64,000 nucleotides of DNA from Paraspadella gotoi. Lineage: Eukaryota; Animalia; Chaetognatha. Shown in pieces: positions 1 to 9,345 of the stretch. Numbering within the stretch: the stretch's first letter is position 1; every line of letters begins with the position of its first letter. A program made the position numbers and the translations under genes. The DNA is taken from positions 8,870,908-8,934,907 of the forward strand of contig CM119263.1 of NCBI GenBank assembly GCA_051294375.1, read 5' to 3'. The notes below the pieces were generated by a model that did not search any database, was not told the origin of the DNA, and was given only the letters and a program-made list of their open reading frames with translations.

Positions 1-1115
1 AAACCGACGTTTGTTACTCGAGATTTCCTCCCCCTTTTTTGCACTCAAAAAATCCTGGACTGTATTTTTGCCTATCATTTATGATTGAGCAAAGTGTCAA
101 TGCGCATGGTAATTATAACAAAAACTTAAATAAATCAACAACACCCTGGCTAAATAACGTAAGAAAAAACTTTTCCTTATCTATTCAATCCTCAGTTTCA
201 TTCTTCATCAAGCTAGTTTAAGCCTCATTTAAATTTCTTCAATATTTTTCACTGTCTTAGTTTTAAAATTTTTATTTAATATATGTGATTCATTGCTGGC
301 ACCAAACGAAATACAAATCTAATTATGACTGTATCTGTCTTCTCATTGGCTTCTCTCATTTAATCTCCCCTTGTGCAATAAGATTTATAGAATTTTTATT
401 TCCTTTGTAAAGTTGAAAGGTCAACCTGGTCCACAAACTTTAATAGGAATTTTATTTGTTTTGACAACAATTCCACTATCGTTGTCATCGTTATTTCTCT
501 GAGCCATAGAACACCCTTACTCTTCCTCTAACAGGATCCCTCTCAGCTCATGATATACACATCCATCCTCTTGAATGTGTTCGTGAATTTTAATCTATTC
601 CACGAAAGATCCGTCTTTCACTCCAGAATATTTTTGCTCACATCTTTATCCTCTTGACTGTTAGTTCCAAACGAAAAATTTTAGTTTCCCCCTCCAACTT
701 AGTCAGCTGCTCCAAGCAGTAAGTTAAAGGCGTTCTTCTCCTCGTCACACTTCCTCGTCTTTCTTCTCTTTAGACGAGCATCATAAACGAAATATTAGCA
801 TTTTTTATCGATATTAGCAATTTGAGAATGTGAGGCCAAGCTAGGCCGAATTGTAAACAAATTTTGGCATCATAGATCTTGCTTTCATTTCTTTATTCTT
901 TTCATAAACTTATCTTGTAGCCCAGCAATTTTTTATTCGTCAAACACATTAATTTTTCTTTTTTATTCTTTCATTTTACTGCAAGTAGAGGCAATCAAAC
1001 TGTAGTGATGAGTTTATGTGATACTTTGTGGAACCAAACCGTAGTGTCATAAACCGTAATCTTATACATTTCCGTCTTATTGATCTCATTAATCCATGAG
1101 ATGATTTGATAGAAA

Positions 1116-2090
1116 TTAAATAGTGAGAGCGGTGGGTGGAGGCTCCCCGACACTTTTCATGCAAATGACCTTTAAATCGGACTCAATAGGGACTGTATCA
1201 TGAAACAGAGTGCATAGCAAGGACTCAGCACTCAACAGCTTGAAGTTATTCTCAAACAGCAGACTTAAAAGATGAATTGCCAGTAACACGAGTTGACATG
1301 AAAGTAGCATTGCAGATTCGATAGATGTCAGGAAAAGCTTAGATGGTGGGAGCAAGACTTTCTCCTCCTCCCCTAATGGCTTCAGTATGGACTGCAGCTC
1401 TGCACAAGCTTCTTTCTTACGCAAACAACGGCCACTAACGGCCAGCAATGTGGAGTACAAAGATGGCTTCTTAATCTCAGACTCTGCAAAGTCTCCTTGA
1501 TTACAGGTGGATGGCTGGTTTGTTGATTTCTCTTCAACAGTTTCCCATTTGACAACCTCTTCTGCAAATTCCTCAGCGACTTTTTTTGCAACTTTTTCTG
1601 TAACCTTTTCCGCAATCACTTCCGCAACTTCAACAGCAACTTTATCCAAAACTTTTTCCGCAATCTCTTCCGCAACTTCTTTGGCAACATCTTCAGCAAC
1701 TTTATCCACAACTTTTTCCGCAATCTCTTCCGCAACTTCTTCAGCACCATCTTCAGTAACTTTATCCGCAATTTTTTCCGCAATCTCTTCCGCAACCTCT
1801 TCCGCGACATCAACAGCAACTTCTTCCACAACTTTTTCCGAAACTTCTTCAGCAACTACTTTTCCGCCTTCTTTTGCAACTTCATCAGCAACCTCCTCCC
1901 TAGCAACCTCCTCAGCAGCAACTTCCTCAGCAGCAACTTTTTCTTCAGAAGCAACTTCGTCAGCATCTTCTTCAGCAACAACTTCTTCTGCAGCAACTTC
2001 TTCTGCAGCAACCTTCTCATCAGTAGATTCCTCTTCAGAAACTTCCGCTGCTGCCACTTCTTTTATAGCAACTTTTTTTTGAGAAAGCAT
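1116..2090 (-). CDS. 324-aa ORF with acidic E/V/A/K tandem repeat; intact N-terminal part of the element's gag-like frame
   Basis: Longest non-microsatellite ORF in the window. The frame stays open upstream of the ATG to a TAA at ~2290. Repeats EEVAA (15 bp) and AEEVAEEIAEKVxDKVxEDx (60 bp). Expression unknown. Confidence 0.45.
   Translation of the reverse strand: MLSQKKVAIKEVAAAEVSEEESTDEKVAAEEVAAEEVVAEEDADEVASEEKVAAEEVAAEEVAREEVADEVAKEGGKVVAEEVSEKVVEEVAVDVAEEVAEEIAEKIADKVTEDGAEEVAEEIAEKVVDKVAEDVAKEVAEEIAEKVLDKVAVEVAEVIAEKVTEKVAKKVAEEFAEEVVKWETVEEKSTNQPSTCNQGDFAESEIKKPSLYSTLLAVSGRCLRKKEACAELQSILKPLGEEEKVLLPPSKLFLTSIESAMLLSCQLVLLAIHLLSLLFENNFKLLSAESLLCTLFHDTVPIESDLKVICMKSVGEPPPTALTI
1560..2060. 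repeat. Coding-frame minisatellite: 60-bp units built from 12-bp subunits, then 15-bp units
   Basis: tttatccNNa actttttccg caatctcttc cgcaac recurs at 1641, 1701 and 1761; cagcaacttc(c/t)tc-type 15-mers at 1890-2060. Confidence 0.9.
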
Positions 2091-3067
2091 TAAAGTGTGG
2101 TGCAGGCTCTCAGAGCAGCTGCAGCTCTCAACAGAATACTTCGGAATTTTAACAGCTTGTTCCCGAACTACTGGCGGAAGGATCGCGTCGGCGTCAGCTT
2201 CGCCATGGGCAACGACGGCGGAAACGACGGCATAACTATCGGCGATGGAGAACCGGTGACGTGTATTTTTTCCATCTCTATCTCTTTTTTATCTCAATCT
2301 TCTTTCTCTCAAATTCGATCTTCTTCTTATCAACCTGGTGCATGCCATCAATGGTGCAGGCATAGTGACAACCTCCTTGCTTTCTAGTCTTAACCTTGGA
2401 TGCATAACTTAACTCTTTGAATGAAATAACAGGACAATTACGTAAAACATCTGTACAGATCTCGGTGAATTATTGTCAACAAAACTACGCACGCGATCGG
2501 TTTCGAATAAAAGGTGCAATGCAATAAATTGTGACAGTTCATGAAATAAGTCCAAACTCGTTCTCGCGCTCCGTTAGCTTTTAGAACGGCTCGAACCGAG
2601 AGCTCAACCTTGGCCTTTTGGTATTCAACCAGAAAATATTTAATTCCGCTTGTAAATCATTAAGAAATGAGCAAACTGAGTATTCATTCACCTTTTGCAA
2701 ATAGTTAAAATGGCCCATTTTATCTGCCAAGGTTTCACTCATGCCATCGCCGGGCGGCGTAGGCCTCTCATACTCAATTTGCGATGGCTTCGATGGTTTC
2801 TGCGATCTTTCCCGCTTTCGATCGTCGTCATTCTCCGACGGCTTCCTCGTACCGGATGATCGTTCAAGTTCCGTCTTCAGTAAAATCGTTCGGACCGGTT
2901 CCAAATGAACTGGCTCGTAATTTTATTTTTTCCCAAAAAATTTCTCCCTTCGCAGAAACCAGTATCTCTCGCGAAGCTCGAAAGCCCGACGACGTACAAA
3001 AACTATTCGCCAGGATATTAAATTTTCAGCTGAAGTTCGGTAGACCAAAGGTCATCCTATTTCGGCC

Positions 3068-3085
3068 GGTTCTCGATTTTAGCCA
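3068..3085 (-). promoter_or_regulatory. Candidate primer-binding site
   Basis: Minus strand reads ...GGGACA|T|TGGCTAAAATCGAGAACC: TGG lies one base after the LTR end. I cannot match the remainder to a tRNA 3' end. Confidence 0.35.
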
Positions 3086-3086
3086 A

Positions 3087-3476
3087 TGTCCCACCCAAAT
3101 GCACATTTTAGTTTTGAATATAAAGTAAAAAGCATTTCGAGAACCTGATTTTACTGCTGTCAATAAGTCAAATGTCAGTGTCAGAACGATCAAATTAATG
3201 TATTTGTTGTTCGAAGGTCAACTTTAACAGTGTCAATTGATGATCAATAAATCACTAATTATTTCAATGTTCATTTCAATTAAATACTCACTAATCTGGC
3301 AGTGAGCAATGACCGTTTTCATAAACAACCGTATTTTGTTGAATTATCCCCGCCGGCTCCACGCTTCTTCTTCCAAAACGTCTATCGCCAAATTCTAACT
3401 GCCTAGAAACGCTGTAAACAATGGTAGACTAAGTACAAAACGCGTCACGTACAACGCTTAGCGACTATTCGGCACA
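3087..3476 (-). repeat. 5' LTR (~390 bp)
   Basis: Minus-strand termini TGTGCC...GGGACA (5/6 inverted match). Homology with the 7177 copy stops exactly at cggcaca; outer flank is TTGCT (3477-3481). Confidence 0.75.
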
Positions 3477-3814
3477 TTGCTCCTTGGTCTTTTCCCAGTC
3501 TTATTTCTGTTCTATGGTCTCTTTCGAAGTTTGACAGCAGACTTGATTTGGTTTTGAGTTTTAATAGTAATCATTATCTCTACTTTAATGATAATAATTA
3601 GATCCCGGTGTACTGAATCCGATTATTATTTCCCAGAAATAAAAAAAAGTATTAGACAAAAAACCCAAAAGAGGACGACGACAAAAAGAAAAACACGCTC
3701 AATGAATAAACAAAAGGCCATCAAGAGGTAAAATGAATAAACGCTGAGGCGGAAAAACAAAATTAAGGCAGGATGAAGGCAATAAATAGGAGAAGGGCTG
3801 TAGACTCGGGAGAT

Positions 3815-3830
3815 GGAGAGAGAGAGAGAG

Positions 3831-3865
<35 letters not shown>

Positions 3866-3967
3866 AAAAAAGAAAAGAAAAGAAAAGAAAAGAAAAGAAA
3901 AGAAAAGAAAAGAAAAGAAAAGAAAAGAAAAGAAAAGAAAAGAAAAGAAAAGAAAAGAAAAGAAAAG
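3815..3967. repeat. Compound (AG)n/(AAAG)n/(AAAAG)n microsatellite
   Basis: Directly visible. Confidence 0.95.
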
Positions 3968-4889
3968 TTTCTTGGAGAAGAGTTAATAATGGAGTCCTTC
4001 ATACAAGCCTTGGGTTTCCAGTGATTTTCTATGGCGACCGTCAACGAACAATGGAAGAGAACCACGAAGGTTCTTTTTAACTTTTTTCTTTCTCAACGCT
4101 AAATCGACATTATAAAAATAAGAAGAATTTTGAGAGAGGCAAAATTAATTGAAGAAAATTATAAACTTACAAATTTTTAGTCTTAGGAACATGTAAACGT
4201 CAATTTTCGAGAAATAAAAATGAATTCTTCAAAAGCCCGATTTTCTTTGTACAACTATGTTTCATGGTTTGTGAAGTATATTAAATTTCAGTAATTTGTG
4301 ACCTTAATAAGTAAAATACGTAGTGTCATTCATTAAAAAGGGCGCTCCCCTTGTCTTTTGTTTTGTTTCAACCAATATTGATCAGATATTCGAAAGAGGC
4401 CGCTTAAAGCCTAGATCTTTTCCGTGAAAAACAAATGAGCAAGGATATATAAAAATAAAGACAATATGATAAAAATCCACCATAAATTCTTCTATTATTA
4501 TTTACTTTAATAAGATTTTTTATAGTTATTATCAGTTATTATGGTTTTTAATTTTTTGTACTATAAGCTTTAATCCAACTAAATTGTAGCTGATTGAACA
4601 CTGGCCTTGGCCTTGACCTTGTCCTTGGACTTGTGCACTGGCCCTTGGCAGTGCCTCCTTAAAAAAACATCCGAACCAATTAAAACACAGTAAACCAACG
4701 TTATGGCATTTTAAATTACCCCACAACAAAATTGCGCCTTGATACTATTAAAGATACTTTCAACTGACAAGTAATATCATTAATAATAATTTATAATGCG
4801 CATACAAATAATGTCGGACAGTTTGGTTAACAGGTTCAGGTTCTCCTCCTACAATAATGATTGAGGTGAATAAAAGGGGTCGATGGTGA

Positions 4890-5228
4890 GGAGAGAGAGA
4901 AGAGAGAGGAGAAGAGAGAGGAGAGAGAGAGAGAGGAGAGAGAGAGAGAAAATAATTCTGGAAAAGGCCGACGACGAGAAGGACAGTGTCGAGACAAAGA
5001 AATAGACGGGGAACCTCCCGGTGTATATCTCATCGCGTGAGATTTCTTCACATTAGCGGATGGGCGAATTTTAAGAAGGAACGACTCAAATATTTTCCCT
5101 GCGTCCTTCATTCAAAAGAATGATATCGATTAACGAAGTGATCAAATTCCTCTCGAGGGAACTGAGAATCTATTTATCTTTTTTGATAAATCCGGCGGGG
5201 CGAATGAGAGAGAGAGGGGATTGAGATG

Positions 5229-5270
<42 letters not shown>

Positions 5271-5380
5271 GAAAGAGAATATACACGAGAGAATAGAGAT
5301 GAGAGAGGGAGAGAGAGAGAGAGGGTGAGGAAGAGCAGGAGATATGAGAGATGACAGACAGATATATAATATAATAATGA

Positions 5381-5415
<35 letters not shown>

Positions 5416-5810
5416 GAGAGGGTTGAGAGAGAAGGGGAGAGAGAGAGAGAATAGAGAGACACGAGAGAGAGAGAGGGTGAGAGAGAGAGAGAGAGAAAGA
5501 CGAGATTAAAGAGAGGGTGGAGAGAGAGGGAAGAAATTAGGAGAGAGAGAGGAAGGAGGAGAGAGAGAGAGAGAGGAGATGGATAGTACGAGAAGGAGAG
5601 AGAGAGAGAAGAGGAAGAGAAAGTGAGAGAAGAGGGAGAGAGAGAGGAGGTGAGGCAGAGGAAGAGATAGAGATTGAGGGTGGAGAGAGAGAGAGAGGGT
5701 GGGGAGTGCGAGCGAGTGTGAAGTAGTAGGAATCGGCGGAAAGGGAAGAAAAAAAGAAAAAGAAGAGAAAGAAAAAAGAAAAGTTAGAATAGAGAGCGGA
5801 GAGAGGGGGA
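4890..5810. repeat. Long imperfect (AG)n polypurine tract
   Basis: Directly visible; interruptions look like read noise. Confidence 0.85.
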
Positions 5811-5989
5811 GTGGCCTCGAATCTGCCTCATGAATCGCTTGGAATTCTGTGACCGAGAAACGAGTTTCCGGGGAGAAGAGGATTCCAAACCACGAAATAA
5901 GACTCTTGGGAGAAGCGGAAAAGATCCGACCCAACTCTCTTCCGCTTCCCAAGAGTCTTCGGTTTCTCAGACGCGTCTGTTCCTTTTTT

Positions 5990-6026
<37 letters not shown>

Positions 6027-6750
6027 CTCTTTAGGAAAACAGAGAGTTGATGTCAGCAAATGGAACATTCCTCACCAAAGTCATTTGGAACACGAAGGAA
6101 GAATTAAAAGGTAAACGAAGATATTCCCAGTGACGAAGCGACGTCGACGTACGACGACACGAAAGACGACCGAATGAAATAGGGCATGTAACTAATGCGA
6201 GTTAATTAGGTGCGAGAGAATAGAATTTCTTTTGTCCAGGTAAACCAGAAAAAATGTATTTTAAAATTAAATTATGCACCATTTTGTTTGGAGTGTGGGG
6301 GTGGAAAGAAAGGAGAAAGAAAAAGAAAGGAAAAAGAAGAAAGAGAAAGAAGAAAAAGAGGAGAGAGAGAGAGAGAGAAAGAGAGAGAGCTAAACTTCAC
6401 CCTACGAACATAGAGAGAAGTAAGTCGGAAGAAGAAGAGGATATACAACTTCCGTGTCGGAGTAATCGAGGACGTCCCTGAGAAATGGGCGTGTCTGCCT
6501 TCGATTACAAGAGAACAACAGAGAGAAAGAGAAAGGAAGGAATGGTAAGGAGAAAGAAAATTAAAGGGAAAAAAAGAAAAGGAAGTGAAAGGAAGAAGCT
6601 GCTATAAAGGGATTTAAGAAGAAAAAGATGGAGAGAAGAGAAAGGAAGAAAAGGGAACGAATGAAAGGAAGGAAAGAAAGATAGTATAGATAAGAGAAAA
6701 CGGGCGCGATTAAGAGCATAAATAATGTAACGCTGGGTGAAAGGTGTTGC

Positions 6751-7177
6751 TGAATAAAAGCTCCCGAGCGGAAACGCATCTTGCTTATAAAGTAAAAACG
6801 CATATTTTCGAAAAGAACCTGATTTTACTGTCTGTCACAATAAGTTCAAATTGCCAGTGTCAGAACGATCAAAATTAATGTATTGTGAAGTGTTCAAAAA
6901 CCTTTAACAGTGTCAAATTGATGATCAATAAATCACTTATTATTTTATGTTCATCTTCAATTAAAATACTCACTTAAAATCTGGCAAGTGAGCAATGACT
7001 GTTTTCATGGAAACCGCTATTTTTTGTTGAAATATAATCCCTCATAGCCGGCTCCCGCGCTCTTCTTCCAAAATCGTCTATCGCCAAATTCTTAAACTGC
7101 CTAGAAACGCGTGTAAACAATGGTAACTAAGTACAAAACGCGGTCACGGTAACAACGCTTAGCGACTATTCGGCACA
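6751..7177 (-). repeat. 3' LTR
   Basis: 6786-7177 aligns with 3119-3476 (tataaagtaaaa...gcgactattcggcaca). The outermost ~32 bp are garbled or absent. Confidence 0.7.
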
Positions 7178-7189
7178 CCATCTTCCCCC
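7178..7189 (-). promoter_or_regulatory. Polypurine tract (plus-strand primer)
   Basis: Minus strand GGGGGAAGATGG immediately precedes the LTR start TGTGCCG. Confidence 0.7.
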
Positions 7190-7288
7190 AGGTCGACCCT
7201 GTCGACCATGACGACCGAATAGTCACTCCACGAGGCGGGAGCCAGCTCTCGCCCGGAGGCCAAATGTAAAGTTTGTAGTTGTCTGTTC

Positions 7289-9330
7289 ATGACGAACCAG
7301 GTGGACAATCCGCGTCTCTCGCCCGTTTCCCGGTGTTCCCGTCAACCGATCTGCGTTTTCGATTCTCTTGTTCGCTTCTCCTTCGCGTCAGCGTCTCTGC
7401 GTCTCACGTCGTGCCCCATGTTGCAGGTTAAGATGGCGTCGGCTCGCGTTGTCCTCGTCGCCAGCTACGCCCGTCTTGCCGTTCCGATGATGCGTCGCTC
7501 GCTTCGTCACCTTGACGACGCTCTGCATCATATCGTGATGGTTCCCGTTTTTCTGGGCGCACTCTGCTTCATCCTCCGGTCGATCCGGTTTCAACACGCA
7601 AGAAGACGGTGGCACCGGCGCTCCTCTATTGCGTAAGATGGGTGACTCCGTCTTCTGTCGCATAGTGTTGAACGAGGTGAATGATGAGGTAAAGTTTGTT
7701 TATTAAAGGCTTAAACTAAAATCAAATCATGGTATAAAAAAAGTGTGAATTCCACCCGATGATAAATCTTAAATATCTAATGTTATTTTCAATTTTTTTT
7801 TTTAAAAGTTTTATCGCTCTCGCAAGGCGGTCTTTTCGGACGGAAGACGAAGGGGAGGGTTTCCGGCTGCAGTCCATGGCGCCTTGAACTGTCGAAATTC
7901 TTGAGTTTGCTCTTTCCTCCTTTGAGTAAATTATTTGCGGGGTCTTCTTGATCTTCGAGGTCTTCTTTCCCTCCTGGCGCGGTCGACCTCTCTTCGATGT
8001 CGTCGTAGCTCTGCGGCCGCCCACCATCTCGCGAGTGTCCGTTCTCCGCTTCTCTTGGTAGCTTGATTTTGTAGGTTCCTCTGAGGTAAGTAATTTTATT
8101 TATTGGTATTTTAAACCTTTTTATTTTAGGTTTTTCTTGACGGATTCATTGGCGGGGTTTGACGGAAGGGAAAGATGAAATTTGGTTTGCGAACACGTCG
8201 CCTGGTCGGATCGCTAGCGCGAAGTGGTTGCTTTTTTCGAGGTTCTTTCTCGTGAGTTCATTCTTTGTTATTTATCTAACTGTAATGATCAATTTAAAAA
8301 ACAACAATGACAATCACTGGACACACACGAGTTAAATCATCCCTTTTCCATATGGTAGTGGACGCAACAAGTTATTGGCTTAATTGGTATTCCTTTTGAA
8401 GCGGACGATTCTTCCACCGCTGATGTTCTGAGCGGGGTCGCTCCTTTCCACGTCGGGCCGCCCATCTCAGATAATACTCGCGTAGGGGACGTCCCGGTGG
8501 AGAGAAGTTCCCCAAGAATCTCCTCATCCTCTCATCCATTTTTCATTCTGCGGCGGCCTCTTCCCACCCCGAGTGGGGTAATACGCCGCGGCGTCGTCGT
8601 AGTACTCTAATTTCCTGTAGGCAAGGTAAGTATTATTTGATAATTTTATTGTTTATATTCATTAATTTCTTTCCAGGTTCTCGTGATTGAACTTACTTTC
8701 GACATCTGAAATTCGTTTTCGATTTGCGTCGTTCGAGAAGAGATTTAATTCGAATATATAACTGAATATTCGACTGACTGAAAAGGTAAGTACAAATAAG
8801 AAACGAATTATTTTTAAGAAGACAATTAATAATGAATAGATGTCAATGAACGAAACTAAGAACGGTAAAGTGAAGTATAGGTAAAGGAAGTTCTGACGTT
8901 TTTGATTCTTCGGCGAAATTTCCATTTGAGTTAATTTTTTGCAGAGTATAGCGCGATCTCTTCTTTCCTCTCGCTTATTTTCCTTGTTTTCTTTCTTCCG
9001 AGAGCTTTTTTCGAGAATACGAACTTTCTTTCTCTTTCAAGATGTTTGTTCCTCCATCTCCGCCAATCTTCTTTTCAGGCCTTCATCCTCGTTTTGCGTT
9101 TTTCTTCGGCGCTTGCGGTCTCGAGCGATCTCGCGGAGGCTTTTTCAGTGGCCCACTTCTTCGAACTTCGACGAGACATTCCTCTGAAGTTGATTTCGTC
9201 AACCTGAATCGGTTCGTCTTCTGAAGTCCGACGAACGACGTTTCGTGTGCCACCTTGGAGACCACCTCGATGATCTCGATGATGTCATGCGTCGAAAAAC
9301 CGGAATGTGTCGAAATGTGAATGCTTTGTG
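7289..9330 (+). other. Putative spliced transcription unit antisense to the LTR element
   Basis: GC-richer blocks separated by AT-rich GT-AG introns: 7689-7808, 8086-8129, 8626-8676, 8786-8944 and possibly 8252-8358. Three exact AG|GTAAGT donors. The + frame at 8359-8607 is open for 83 codons. Outer limits uncertain. Confidence 0.55.
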
Positions 9331-9345
9331 TGTGCGTCACTTCGA

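Larger units (their letters stand above)
79..2400 (-). pseudogene. Decayed gag-like ORF (Ty3/gypsy-like, superfamily unconfirmed)
   Basis: Minus-strand protein-like fragments broken by stops and frameshifts: KKKIEFERKKIE (~2290-2330), acidic repeat ORF, FNFYQIISWINEINK (~1075-1120), AFNLL(L)EQLTKLEGKLKFF (~672-733), HIQEDGCVYHELRGILLEE (~520-582, resembles the gag capsid Y-x-x-L-K-x-x-L-L-E helix), and C-Y-N-[Y]-H-A-H-[*]-H-F-A-Q-S-[*] at 120-79 with exact CX2CX4HX4C spacing. Confidence 0.65.
1..3476 (-). mobile_element. LTR retrotransposon, 5' half (5' LTR, leader, decayed gag); clean copy truncated by the window start
   Basis: LTR at 3087-3476 is repeated at ~6751-7177 and 12418-12819. Minus-strand reading frames end in a degenerate gag zinc knuckle at 79-120. 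Internal sequence is colinear with 9346-12417. Confidence 0.75.

Noticed and set aside
1560-2060. Regular repeats as a CRISPR-like array
   Set aside because: Contiguous degenerate tandem units with no unique spacers and no cas genes; eukaryotic context.
1507-2082. 191-aa Ser/Ala/Thr-rich ORF on + (mucin- or antifreeze-like) and the K/L/R-rich alternative frames
   Set aside because: Shadow frames of the 12/15/60-bp repeat; the gag evidence is on the minus strand.
3763-6481. Many ER-, SL-, FLS- and KE-rich ORFs here and throughout the window
   Set aside because: Translations of (AG)n/(AAAG)n microsatellites or runs through N gaps.
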